From a virus (Duplodnaviria > Caudoviricetes), in the IMG/VR virus record IMGVR_UViG_3300030397_000855, positions 1 to 47,017 of that record: DNA of 47,017 nucleotides; one strand, written 5' to 3'. The stretch's first letter is position 1; the number at the start of each line of letters is the position of its first letter. Positions 8,098 through 17,710 of this stretch are shown piece by piece. The translations under genes and the position numbers were made by a program. Under the pieces are notes generated by a model, which had not been told where the DNA came from, did no database searches, and was given only the letters and a program-made list of their open reading frames with translations.

Positions 8098-8523
8098 ATG
8101 GAGATCAGAGACAGATGGAAGAGTCCTCCTGGTGGCTGGTCATTTCTAGTTGAAGTTGATGGATCAGTGCAGTCTATAACAACTCCCGTGTCGTTCTCTG
8201 AACTAGTAAGACTAGTAGCTGCTTTCTACGCAAATAACAAACTTGAAAATCCTGAAAGTTTTGAGAGGCTTGTGGAAGAGCAGATTTGCTCAAGGCTTCC
8301 TGAAGACAATAACTACTGCTGGGGGACTTCTGGAATAGGCGACAAGACCGCTAGGCTGATACATGCTGTAGCAAGAGGAGCGGACAATGTTAGCAGGCGG
8401 CTTGGTATTCGCAAGGACAAGGAAACACTTGAAAAAAAGGCGAAGGGGTGCTCAGGATGCCAAAGAAGAAGGCAGAAAATGAATGAGGCTGAGGACGCGC
8501 TAAAAAAACTGCTTGGTAAATAA
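8098..8523 (+). CDS. Hypothetical Cys-containing protein preceding the portal
   Basis: Likely start MEIRDRWKSPPGGW at 8098 (8044 would overlap terL); GCSGCQRRR motif. Confidence 0.65.
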   Translation: MEIRDRWKSPPGGWSFLVEVDGSVQSITTPVSFSELVRLVAAFYANNKLENPESFERLVEEQICSRLPEDNNYCWGTSGIGDKTARLIHAVARGADNVSRRLGIRKDKETLEKKAKGCSGCQRRRQKMNEAEDALKKLLGK

Positions 8524-10919
8524 TGAGCGATTCACTGATAAATAATGTTTTGCCAAACGGCACTGTGCCGAATGCAAGAATATCCACAGCAGGCCAAGCC
8601 TGGGCCGCTTACAGTGAGTTGCTTCAAGGCGACTCACTGAGAGACGGGAAGAGAAAAAAACTTTACGGGGCAAAGAACAGACACAGGCCCACAGACCAGG
8701 CCACTCTTGAGGAGCAAGGCATAGAGGACAGCACCAATGTGAATTGGGGCCAGTTGTCTCTAGGCGTGGATCAGATTTCTTCGATATTTTATGACTATGT
8801 GTCAGAGCGCGACGCGCCTGCAAATATTGAGGTTGATACAGTTAAGCAAGAATTTGATCCGACGCTGGACATTCAAGAGGCTCAAAGATACTCGGTTGAT
8901 ATAACCAAACTGTTCAGCAAGACGCTGATGCTCTCAAAGTGGTTCCTGCCCATGCTTGAGATGCAATCGGACGACCTATCGCTTTACGGGTCTACATTTG
9001 CATATTGGCCCGACCAGTCTGACTGGGTGCCTGACTTTCTTGCCAACGGCAGCATCCTCCTTCCTAATAAGGCCAGCACGGACGTTGAGAAGTGGGAGAT
9101 AGCTGCCGTAAAGACCTGCTATACTGAGACTGAGCTATTCAAAAAGATCAGAAATCACGCCGAGGCTGAACAGATAGGATGGAACATTGATGCGGTGGTA
9201 ACAAAGCTGTCTTCTCGAAGAAGCGGGGATGATAGATTCCATCAAACCGGCACCGATTGCCTGGAAACCATACAGAGGATCAACAGGGGCGAAGTCGTTC
9301 TTGAAGGCTCCGCCTCAGCGGAAATACAGGTAATAGAGCTTTATGTCAAGGAGTTCGATGACAGCATAACAAAGCTCATATTCTTTGCGGACTCTTCCGT
9401 CAACGAATCAACTACAGTCGGCGATTCTGATACGGATTCTGATAGAGTCAAAAACAATGACGGAACTCCAATGAGGATTCCTGTCGAGGGCACTTCCAGC
9501 GATTCCGCCGAAGATAATGGGTTGTCCGACTCCATAAACCCGAAAGGATTTGCATTCAGTAGACCTGAATTCGCTAAGTCTATGGAGGATGTGTTTTCTA
9601 TTCTGATTTCAAGCAGCGGCGGGGGGAAAATACATGAGATAAGGAGCTACGGAGAGCAGCTTTTTGCGCAGTCTGAGTCCTATGACAGGTTTATGAACAG
9701 CGCGGTTGATGGAGCACTACAGTCTGCCATGTTGATGTTTCAAGGCACAGATGAGGACGCTATCAGGAAGATGCGCCAGACAACAATGCGCCCATTTGCA
9801 GTTCTGCCACCTACAGCGAGCCTCGTCCAGGTTCCAATAAGCGTCGATATATCAAAGATGCTTGGAACGAATGCTCAGCTTAAAGAAGACCTTGAGAAGG
9901 GAATAGGTCTTCTCAGTGAATCATCTGCCAGCGGAAATAGGTCTGGGACAAAGGGTGAAGCTGAGCTTCGTGAGTCGCAGAAAGCCGACCTTGTTACAGG
10001 ACAGCTAAACAAGTTCAACGTGCATTACACCGCGTTAATAGCAAAGCTTTACAAGAAGTTCATCACCTTATCTGGATCAGATGACGAGGCAAGGCAGCGA
10101 TTCGATAGGTCTCTTGAGGCTTCAATGATTCCACTAGAGGCATCTCTACCGGAATCAGTTAACATTCTTCCAAAGTCCGTATCCGCCGCTGGTTCAAGGA
10201 GTGCAAAAATCGTTGCCGCAAGGGGTATAAATGAATTCGTCACACTCGGATCAAGCGCGACCACGCGAGGCCAATGGCTTGCTGCAAGAGATGGAGTTGC
10301 TGCATATGGCGGCTCAGCTTCAGTTGAGACATACCTTCCTTCTGTAAGATTTCCGAAAGACGGATTTGATGCGAGGGACATTGGGATTGAGAACGAGTTA
10401 ATGAGGAATCCCAATCTCAACCTGGCAAATATAAGGCCGACCTCTGTAAACGTTCACACAGACCACATAAGAGCCCATATACTGTCGGTATCCGAAGACA
10501 TAGCCTCAATTGACGCGCAGAACAGGCAACCAGACGGGTTTGATCCGGATGCAAATTTGACAGTTCTTGCATTCATAATCAATGCTGGCCGTCATATTCA
10601 GGAGCACATTAATATGATCTCTCAGAATCCTGAGCTTAATGATTTTGTGAAGACCGCGAATTCTGATCTTGCCCAGATAGCGGCAAAGGGCGAGGAAATA
10701 CGCAATATACTACAGCAGTTCAGGAGAGGCCAGCAGCAAGCTGCTGAAGCCTCACAGCAGGGGGTAAGCGGTGAAGCAGAGCAAAAATTAGCTACACAGC
10801 GTGAATTATCTCAGATTAGACTTGCAGAACAGCAGCAATTGTCGCAGATTAGAAGGGAAGAGGCGGTTGATAGTGCTGCTCTGCAAAGGATGAAATCTCA
10901 AGAAAATGAACCGAGTTAG
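8523..10919 (+). CDS. Portal protein
   Basis: 798 aa, first large gene of the head module; helical composition, LYGSTF and RSGTKGEAE segments, Gln-rich C-terminal barrel-like tail as in P22-type portals. Confidence 0.75.
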   Translation: MSDSLINNVLPNGTVPNARISTAGQAWAAYSELLQGDSLRDGKRKKLYGAKNRHRPTDQATLEEQGIEDSTNVNWGQLSLGVDQISSIFYDYVSERDAPANIEVDTVKQEFDPTLDIQEAQRYSVDITKLFSKTLMLSKWFLPMLEMQSDDLSLYGSTFAYWPDQSDWVPDFLANGSILLPNKASTDVEKWEIAAVKTCYTETELFKKIRNHAEAEQIGWNIDAVVTKLSSRRSGDDRFHQTGTDCLETIQRINRGEVVLEGSASAEIQVIELYVKEFDDSITKLIFFADSSVNESTTVGDSDTDSDRVKNNDGTPMRIPVEGTSSDSAEDNGLSDSINPKGFAFSRPEFAKSMEDVFSILISSSGGGKIHEIRSYGEQLFAQSESYDRFMNSAVDGALQSAMLMFQGTDEDAIRKMRQTTMRPFAVLPPTASLVQVPISVDISKMLGTNAQLKEDLEKGIGLLSESSASGNRSGTKGEAELRESQKADLVTGQLNKFNVHYTALIAKLYKKFITLSGSDDEARQRFDRSLEASMIPLEASLPESVNILPKSVSAAGSRSAKIVAARGINEFVTLGSSATTRGQWLAARDGVAAYGGSASVETYLPSVRFPKDGFDARDIGIENELMRNPNLNLANIRPTSVNVHTDHIRAHILSVSEDIASIDAQNRQPDGFDPDANLTVLAFIINAGRHIQEHINMISQNPELNDFVKTANSDLAQIAAKGEEIRNILQQFRRGQQQAAEASQQGVSGEAEQKLATQRELSQIRLAEQQQLSQIRREEAVDSAALQRMKSQENEPS

Positions 10920-11157
10920 AAAACCTGCCGGAATCAGCGATTTCCTCAGAACTGAACTCGGAGTTCATGTTCTCGCCTACCTTGAGGATAATAAGCCTGA
11001 GATTGAAGCTACTGAACACGCTCATCAGGCTCACATACAGGCGGGCAGGCTTGAAGGCTGGCTCATGTGCGTTGATTTCTTGAAGAATCATGCTCTTCCT
11101 GAATCTCAGATTCCTCCGCAAAAAGCTCAATCAGACTATTCAGAATCGGCACTATGA
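10906..11157 (+). CDS. Small head-module protein
   Basis: 83 aa between portal and scaffold; QAGRLEGW motif typical of this position. Confidence 0.6.
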   Translation: MNRVRKPAGISDFLRTELGVHVLAYLEDNKPEIEATEHAHQAHIQAGRLEGWLMCVDFLKNHALPESQIPPQKAQSDYSESAL

Positions 11158-12725
11158 AAAAGCAGAGAAGTCTTAGATTCGAGCAAGCGGCAGCCACAGC
11201 AAAGGAGGCAGAGCCGTTTGTACAGCCTGACGCATCGCAAAGTTCTCATCAGCCCCAGTTAAGCAAGCCGACAATAGGAGACGGCGAAGGTGAGCCTCAA
11301 ATTTTTGACCCCAACGCATCGGAGCCTCCCATACCTACACCGCCAATGCCTGGAGCCAGGGGGCAGCAAAGAAACAAAGAGTCCGCAAGACGCGATTCCG
11401 GTTTGCCGAATAACGATTCGGGACAAAATGTTGACACGGGAATCCCCACCGACAGGGCTGGCGTAAGGAAGATACTTCAGGAGAAATATGCTGAGCCAGA
11501 GGTATTCGACCAGGACGCATACCTTGCCTCTGACGGACAAGAGGGCAGGCACATGTCGGGCGATCCTAATGCAAGAAAGCCTGATTTGAAGTTCCAGCCG
11601 CATCATCCAGGGGAAGATATTTATGGAAGAGACCCCGCACAGGAAGGGGACGGCTCTAAGGCTCCTATCGAAGGACAGGACGACAACTCAGGTAAGCCTG
11701 CGCAAGTGGAGCTTCAGCCGGAGGAAAAGGTATTTAGGGACAAAGACGGCAACCCGATAATTCCATCGGAGACAGTTCTTGAAGGATTCACTCGACTGAA
11801 AAGTGAAAAGGCCGATCTTCAGAGCCAGATTGATGCTCTCAGGTCTGAGAATGCCGATGCTGCTAAATACGCCGATCTTGCAAGGGAGATTTCCGAAAAG
11901 GAACGCAACTTTCAAGAGCAGATCGATGAGACCAAAAAGCAGCTTGAAGATGCCAACAGGTCTTTGGCAAAGTTTGATCTGACAAGGACTGATCAGTTCA
12001 AGCAAAAGTTCGACCTACCTCTTGAGAATGCAATATCCAGCGTTTGCAAAATTGCTCAAGGCGCTGAGATACCAGCCGAGAGGATAGCGCAGGCAGTGAA
12101 TGAATGGATCACTTCCGATTTCAAGTCCGAGGACATGGATGCAATCTCCGATGAAATAAACGGAACTGCGAAGGCATTATTTGGCTCAGGGTTAAATGAC
12201 ATTCAGTCAGCCTTAGCAAAGAGAGAGCAAGCCATTGCAGAGAGCGATGCCACTTCTATTCAATTTGCCAAGGAGAGAGAAGCTGAAATGGCGAAGACAG
12301 CGGACAATGCCAGGAAGATTTTCCCTTCCGCGAAAGCAACTTTCTCAAAAGTCGAAGACCCATCGGTAATTTCTGACGAAATACTTGTTCAAATGGGGAT
12401 TGACGTTATCAGGAATGAGGCTGCTATACATAGAAATACTGAGGACACGCTTTCTTCGCCCATGACGGCGGAAGACCAGGCTGAGTTCGCAGCACTCCAG
12501 CAGAGAGCGATATGCGTTTACTACCCATTAATGAAGGCTCAGAGCTTGAAAATAAGGCAGCTTGAGGAGAAAATTTCAAAAATGTCTTCTTCTGTTCCAA
12601 GGGCAGGACAGCACGGACAGGCATCTACGCAAGCCCCTCATTCTAATGGACAAGGAGACTGGAGACACAACCTTAGCAGGCGTATTTTAGCCGGTGAATT
12701 CAGAAAGAATAACCGCTCGTCCTGA
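11154..12725 (+). CDS. Capsid scaffolding protein (putative)
   Basis: Pro/Gln/Asp-rich disordered N-terminus plus long coiled coil, immediately upstream of the capsid gene. Confidence 0.65.
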   Translation: MKKQRSLRFEQAAATAKEAEPFVQPDASQSSHQPQLSKPTIGDGEGEPQIFDPNASEPPIPTPPMPGARGQQRNKESARRDSGLPNNDSGQNVDTGIPTDRAGVRKILQEKYAEPEVFDQDAYLASDGQEGRHMSGDPNARKPDLKFQPHHPGEDIYGRDPAQEGDGSKAPIEGQDDNSGKPAQVELQPEEKVFRDKDGNPIIPSETVLEGFTRLKSEKADLQSQIDALRSENADAAKYADLAREISEKERNFQEQIDETKKQLEDANRSLAKFDLTRTDQFKQKFDLPLENAISSVCKIAQGAEIPAERIAQAVNEWITSDFKSEDMDAISDEINGTAKALFGSGLNDIQSALAKREQAIAESDATSIQFAKEREAEMAKTADNARKIFPSAKATFSKVEDPSVISDEILVQMGIDVIRNEAAIHRNTEDTLSSPMTAEDQAEFAALQQRAICVYYPLMKAQSLKIRQLEEKISKMSSSVPRAGQHGQASTQAPHSNGQGDWRHNLSRRILAGEFRKNNRSS

Positions 12726-12772
12726 AGAAATAATTTGACTAATTAGGCTTTTAAGCTTATTAAAGGGAAATA

Positions 12773-12873
12773 GACAGCTCATCTGGCTCCTTCTTCGCGT
12801 TGGGAGTTGAGTTTTTAAGCGCGACAGACTCAGGTTGAGCATGTGCTTGATCAGGTGTAGTGCGGCCACTGTC
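12773..12873 (+). ncRNA. Structured four-way-junction RNA upstream of the major capsid gene
   Basis: Helices 12773-77/12869-73, 12780-85/12852-57, 12786-91/12802-07, 12808-14/12826-32 and 12835-40/12845-50; loop-loop complementarity 12795-12801/12818-12824. Confidence 0.6.
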
Positions 12874-12903
12874 AAAGTGAATCCTTAACTACATTAACTG
12901 ATC

Positions 12904-14319
12904 ATGGAACAAACATGCGCTACAGTCGAAGACCTCGATACTTATCTGATCGAGGGGCAACAACACTTCAATCGAGACCTCGTCAAAAAGACGACCAACG
13001 TTTCGCCTTACTTCGGTCGGAACAAGGTTCCTATGGGAACCTGGACTCTGAACTCAGGCACCGAGCACAAGGGGCACCGCCTCTTGAGGATTCTGCCTCC
13101 AAACGAGCACCCTGACAACCCGTCGTATCGACCCATCAACTCCACTACGTGCGAGACCGATGCGTGTGATTTCGATCCTGAGTTGATCTATCACGGGAGC
13201 GAGTCTTACACCTACCGCCTCGTCCAGCGAGACTTTCAGACACAGTGGATTTGCTTGCAGCAACTCGCCTTCAAGCAGTGGCCGCAGCAAGAGCTTGATC
13301 ACTTGATCGACGGGCTGGCGATTGTCAACAACTACGTCGTGAACGAGTTCATGCGTTCGCGCTACACGTCTCTTTGCGAAAACAAGTTCATGGGCGTCTC
13401 TGATTCCACGAATCCCGCTGACGGCGCGATCAACGGAACGCTTGGAAGTCCTGGCTGGGTCTTCCAGAAGTATGCGAACGGCGAGGTGAACACCAATTAC
13501 ATCCTGGCAAGGCTTCCGCTGGCTGACATTGAGCGAATCTCAATCCTGTCTTCGGGACTGTTCGAGGATGCGATCATCGGCCTTGAGCGAGAAGGCAGGA
13601 TTGTTCTCGACAGCATCAACATGCTGGATGTGATCATTCCATCTCACACCGACGCCAGGACTTGGTCTCGGATCGACAACAGGGAAGGGGACATGTTCGC
13701 GCTACAGAGTGCGCAGCGTCTCGAAATGCTTCAGACGGCACTGGGAACTCAGAGGGTTGTGGGCAACTTCGCTCTCAGATACGATCCCAACGCTATGAAG
13801 TATTTCCCTGATACTGATCACAACGCGAGTCTTCCCGCGTTCGACGCGAACGATCCCGCAACCTGGCCGAGATTCTTCAGGGTCTATCCTTACCTTGAAG
13901 CTCACGGCGAGATCGGCGTGCATCATGTGCCGAATCCCGACTACAACAGGGCTCCGTTTGGAGTTTCCGTCCTCTTCAATCCCAAGGTGATGAAAGTCGA
14001 GAAGATGCCAGTCATCGACGGCTATTCGCAAGCTCGCGGAAAGCCTCAGATGTTCGACGGCACGTTCAAGTGGATGTCGCCGACCTGGGACTGCAACCTG
14101 TGGGAGGACAAGGGCTTCTTCGCAGCGAGATACCGCATGGCCGCGCAGCCATTCGACACAGACCTGGGATACGCGGCATTCCATCGTCTTGAGACGGCGA
14201 GAACGCTCTACAGGGCTTGCGATCAGTTGCCGCTGAGCCCGACATTCCCGCCTGAGAGCAAGCTGCCTCAGTGCTGCCTGCAAGGCGGTGTTCTTCAGCA
14301 TCCGCCGTGCGACCCGTAA
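12904..14319 (+). CDS. Major capsid protein
   Basis: 471 aa after the scaffold; visibly C-ending codon bias suggesting high expression; followed by a strong hairpin. Confidence 0.8.
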   Translation: MEQTCATVEDLDTYLIEGQQHFNRDLVKKTTNVSPYFGRNKVPMGTWTLNSGTEHKGHRLLRILPPNEHPDNPSYRPINSTTCETDACDFDPELIYHGSESYTYRLVQRDFQTQWICLQQLAFKQWPQQELDHLIDGLAIVNNYVVNEFMRSRYTSLCENKFMGVSDSTNPADGAINGTLGSPGWVFQKYANGEVNTNYILARLPLADIERISILSSGLFEDAIIGLEREGRIVLDSINMLDVIIPSHTDARTWSRIDNREGDMFALQSAQRLEMLQTALGTQRVVGNFALRYDPNAMKYFPDTDHNASLPAFDANDPATWPRFFRVYPYLEAHGEIGVHHVPNPDYNRAPFGVSVLFNPKVMKVEKMPVIDGYSQARGKPQMFDGTFKWMSPTWDCNLWEDKGFFAARYRMAAQPFDTDLGYAAFHRLETARTLYRACDQLPLSPTFPPESKLPQCCLQGGVLQHPPCDP

Positions 14320-14332
14320 GGCGGGCCGAATT

Positions 14333-14372
14333 AAAAAGCTGCCTGCGCCTCAGAAATGGGGCGCAGGCAGTT
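14333..14372. terminator. Strong GNRA-capped hairpin after the capsid gene (terminator / attenuator)
   Basis: 16-bp stem 14337-14352/14357-14372, GAAA loop, A5 upstream and only TT downstream. Confidence 0.65.
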
Positions 14373-14384
14373 CGAGATTAAAGC

Positions 14385-14557
14385 ATGAGCAATCGACCGG
14401 AAACAGAGGAGCAAGCGATACTCAGCGTGGCGAGGAAGTTCGACCCGTCGCTGAGTTGTCCTGGCTCTATGGACAAGCTCTCAGCCTGGAGAAGGCTTTG
14501 CCTCGCCGTCGAATCGTTCATGTCAGGCGGCGGCGGCGGCGCGGCACCAGTCACCAT
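14385..14557 (+). repeat. 173-bp exact direct repeat, copy 1
   Basis: Base-for-base identical to 16596-16768. Confidence 0.95.
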
Positions 14558-15476
14558 TGTTGACGCTGTTTCTGGAGATGACGCAACCGCTCAGAGAAAC
14601 GTTCCTGGGATGCCATACGCCACGATCAAAGAGGCGGTAGACCAATCGCAACCGCGAGACTATATTTTCATAAAGCCTGGAGATTACAACGAAGAGAATA
14701 CTGTTATCCCTCATATATTGACTCTTGATTTCGCTGATGGAAGCGTTGTTCAGAACGCTAATCCTACAGGTGATCTTTATACGGTATCCGGCCCCGCCTC
14801 ACTGGTCGGAACAAGCATTTCTGGTTGGGGCGTCTTCAACGTGACTAGTGATGGTTACGTATTTAGAGCGTCCTCATGCCTGCATCTATTTTGTAAGTTT
14901 TTAAGGCAATTCGGGACTGGCGGCGCAGTCGCTCTTTCAGGGACGGCGGACTCATCTAAGTTGGACTTCTTTGATGCGGTAGATATTGCTGCTGGAGCAA
15001 CTCCTGCATTTCTGTTTGAAGGCGACCTTGCCAATGTAACTTTAAGGTCTAAGAGAATTGCTACCAATGGAGATTCTGCGATTAGAATAGCAAATAATCT
15101 CAATGTAAATAACGGCTACACTATCGAAATCCTTGAGATAAGGGCCACTGGTAGCGCATGTGTTGAGATCGAAGCTGTTTGTTCCGTGCAATTTATCAAT
15201 ACCTCCATCACGACTCTTGATGCTACCAATGCCAACGCACTGGTTGATATTAGGTCTGCACATGCTTCAGGCGATGTCGCGTTGTGGTTTTACAACTGTA
15301 ATTTTCAAGGCGGCGCAGCAACCGTAGAAGTAGTGCAAGATAACTCCACCGGAGGAACTCATCAAATCTACATTCAGCCCGACTGCATAACCACGCATCC
15401 ATTCGATGCCTCACTCAACATAGTTCACGGCTCGCCGATAGTCGATGCAAACTGGAGGGCGTTCAGGCTTCAATAA
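14385..15476 (+). CDS. Virion beta-helix (pectin-lyase-like) protein, paralog A
   Basis: VDAVSGDD...PYATIKEAVD...IFIKPGDY cap motif of right-handed beta-helices, after a short helical N-module and a Gly6 linker. Confidence 0.7.
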   Translation: MSNRPETEEQAILSVARKFDPSLSCPGSMDKLSAWRRLCLAVESFMSGGGGGAAPVTIVDAVSGDDATAQRNVPGMPYATIKEAVDQSQPRDYIFIKPGDYNEENTVIPHILTLDFADGSVVQNANPTGDLYTVSGPASLVGTSISGWGVFNVTSDGYVFRASSCLHLFCKFLRQFGTGGAVALSGTADSSKLDFFDAVDIAAGATPAFLFEGDLANVTLRSKRIATNGDSAIRIANNLNVNNGYTIEILEIRATGSACVEIEAVCSVQFINTSITTLDATNANALVDIRSAHASGDVALWFYNCNFQGGAATVEVVQDNSTGGTHQIYIQPDCITTHPFDASLNIVHGSPIVDANWRAFRLQ

Positions 15477-16582
15477 TGAATATCAAGACTAAAGAGCAAG
15501 CGATAATAGCGTTGGCAAGGAAGCTCGACCCAACGATAACATGCAGCGGGACAACTGACTTTCTCACTGCCTTATACTTGCTTTGCCAGGCTCTTGAGAC
15601 TTTCATAGCTTCGATTTCTGGTGGTTCAACCATAATTAGCCAGGATAACACGGTCTTCGTTGACGCGGAATTCGGAGACGACGGAACGGGAGTCAGGCAG
15701 AACTTTCTCATGCCTTTTCAGACAATAGCAGGTGCTATACAGGCCGCTGCTATTGGCGACAAGATTGTGATCTCTCCAGGAACATACACGCACATTGGAA
15801 CCATCACTGTGAATAAGAGGCTGACTCTGATGATGGAGGGCGTCGTTATTCAGTCTCCCATTGGCCAACTGGCACCAACGCTCCAATTCAACGCAACCTC
15901 AGCAGGGTCTAGGATTTTTGGAAATCCAAACTTCATAGGCGATACTGGAACTGTGCTTGATATAACTGGCGGGACAAGTGTTTCTCTTGAGATTGGTGAT
16001 ATTTCAAGCATCAGCACCACATTTCCAGCCATTCATATTGATGCAAGTCAAGCGAGCATAGTCGCAGGAAACATATCGCATGACGCGGCTTCAAATAACC
16101 CCGCCATACAGGTTCATGTTTCAGGTTCCGAGCCAAGCTCAATCAAGGCTAATTCGATCTCAAGGCTAAATAATACTGGGCCCGTAGTCGATTTTGAAGG
16201 CGGCGGAACATTTGAGCTTGATTGCCCGTGCATTATATCTAATCGGGGGGCCGCACTCAGAATCCCTGCATCAGGGAATTCTGGAAAGATTTCAGTGATT
16301 GGATGCGAGATGGTGAACGAGAGCACTTTTGGGTTTGATGCGCAGTGCATTGACATTCTGACAACTGCATCTGAAGACATTGACATTTTCTTGCGAGGCT
16401 GCGTGCTTCTTACATCTGGAGCCGAATCGATAGTCGCACCCTCCACAAACGGGCACACGTTATCTCTTCTGTCCGCTAATCATTCCTGGAAAGTCGCAGG
16501 TGCCACAGTCAATGTTGTCGCTGGGGCATTGGATGTAAACCCGAACATTCCAGCGTTCTGCGATACTGCGATTACGCCTTAA
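15476..16582 (+). CDS. Virion beta-helix protein, paralog B
   Basis: VFVDAEFGDD...PFQTIAGAIQAA..GDKIVISPGTY; N-module homologous to paralog A. Confidence 0.7.
   Translation: MNIKTKEQAIIALARKLDPTITCSGTTDFLTALYLLCQALETFIASISGGSTIISQDNTVFVDAEFGDDGTGVRQNFLMPFQTIAGAIQAAAIGDKIVISPGTYTHIGTITVNKRLTLMMEGVVIQSPIGQLAPTLQFNATSAGSRIFGNPNFIGDTGTVLDITGGTSVSLEIGDISSISTTFPAIHIDASQASIVAGNISHDAASNNPAIQVHVSGSEPSSIKANSISRLNNTGPVVDFEGGGTFELDCPCIISNRGAALRIPASGNSGKISVIGCEMVNESTFGFDAQCIDILTTASEDIDIFLRGCVLLTSGAESIVAPSTNGHTLSLLSANHSWKVAGATVNVVAGALDVNPNIPAFCDTAITP
15644..15702 (+). repeat. 59-bp imperfect direct repeat (partner 17897-17955)
   Basis: Shares GTCTTCGTTGACGCGGAATTCGG exactly, with similar flanks. Confidence 0.85.
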
Positions 16583-16595
16583 AGCAAGAGATTAA

Positions 16596-16768
16596 ATGAG
16601 CAATCGACCGGAAACAGAGGAGCAAGCGATACTCAGCGTGGCGAGGAAGTTCGACCCGTCGCTGAGTTGTCCTGGCTCTATGGACAAGCTCTCAGCCTGG
16701 AGAAGGCTTTGCCTCGCCGTCGAATCGTTCATGTCAGGCGGCGGCGGCGGCGCGGCACCAGTCACCAT
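16596..16768 (+). repeat. 173-bp exact direct repeat, copy 2
   Basis: Identical to 14385-14557. Confidence 0.95.
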
Positions 16769-17687
16769 AGTCGATCAAGTTAGCGGTGATGATTCAACTG
16801 CCCAACGAAGAGTTTCTTCCAAGCCCTACCAGACCGTCAAGGCCGCTGTAGACGATTCTCAACCCGACGACTATATCTTTGTCAATAAAGGGGTTTACAA
16901 TGAGGAGAACATGACAATACCTCACAACTTGTCTTTAGAGTTTGCTTCTGGCTCCTTTCTGATCGGCTCCGAGAATACTGGGAATCTTTTTACCGTAACC
17001 GCATCCGTTGCAAATGCGGTTCATTTCTATGGGTTCTTTCAGATATTTTGTAATAGCGATGGGTTTATATTTGATGCTGAGTCGTGCATCCACGTTGATA
17101 TGGATTCATTTTCTCAGCTAGGAAATGGCGGTGCATCTCGCCTGCATGGCTCAGCGAATGAAAGCACATTCAATTTTAGGGGCGGCGGGGCCTTTAGTCA
17201 GACGATGACTGCCGATGCTGGCTTTGTTATAGAAGGCGGACTGAATGCACTCCAGTTCAGGGGAGGCAGACTGGTTTGCCACACAATGCCAATCATGCTT
17301 TTCAGGGGAGCAACGAGCCCGCAAGCAACTGCCATAATCAATGTTGATGGAATGAGAGTCCAAGACGCATCCGCAATTGTCTTGGAAAGCGCGGCTGACA
17401 TAAGGCTTGTTGACACTGACTTCAGGCTGGCCGATTCAGGCCCTCCAAGCGTGGAGCCATTTATACTCTTTTCAAACGCATCAGGGAATTGCAGGCTTCA
17501 AATGAGCGGCGGCTCTTTTCAAGGAGGAACTGCTACTGTAACCTGCATTGACGGACTTGCGCTAGGTGGAACAAACGAGTTGCGATTTTCTACCCTAGTG
17601 CCATCTACTCACATAGTCGGCCCAGGAGCCACCGTTGAATTCGGAAATGTCACGGTAGACGCAAGCTGGGAAGTCATCACTCTCTAA
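16596..17687 (+). CDS. Virion beta-helix protein, paralog A'
   Basis: First ~60 aa identical to paralog A, same 363-aa length, remainder diverged. Confidence 0.7.
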   Translation: MSNRPETEEQAILSVARKFDPSLSCPGSMDKLSAWRRLCLAVESFMSGGGGGAAPVTIVDQVSGDDSTAQRRVSSKPYQTVKAAVDDSQPDDYIFVNKGVYNEENMTIPHNLSLEFASGSFLIGSENTGNLFTVTASVANAVHFYGFFQIFCNSDGFIFDAESCIHVDMDSFSQLGNGGASRLHGSANESTFNFRGGGAFSQTMTADAGFVIEGGLNALQFRGGRLVCHTMPIMLFRGATSPQATAIINVDGMRVQDASAIVLESAADIRLVDTDFRLADSGPPSVEPFILFSNASGNCRLQMSGGSFQGGTATVTCIDGLALGGTNELRFSTLVPSTHIVGPGATVEFGNVTVDASWEVITL

Positions 17688-17710
17688 ATAAACGTAAACA
17701 CAGTTCAGAT

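Noticed and set aside
12773-12873. tRNA gene (cloverleaf-like fold; also considered for 397-503)
   Set aside because: No TTC(G/A)A T-loop, no D-loop GG in position, no 7-nt anticodon loop and no CCA end
14288-14563. Alternative-frame ORF as a capsid frameshift extension
   Set aside because: No clear slippery heptamer at the capsid 3' end, and the product is not protein-like and is out of frame with paralog A
15622-15635. Partial palindrome TGGTTCAACCATAA inside paralog B (and TGGTTCAACCA at ~22406)
   Set aside because: Intragenic with an incomplete left arm, and explained by the codons G-S-T-I; not counted as a copy
14385-16768. 173-bp repeat as a diversity-generating retroelement TR/VR pair
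   Set aside because: The copies are identical with no adenine-specific mismatches, lie at N-termini, and no reverse transcriptase is present
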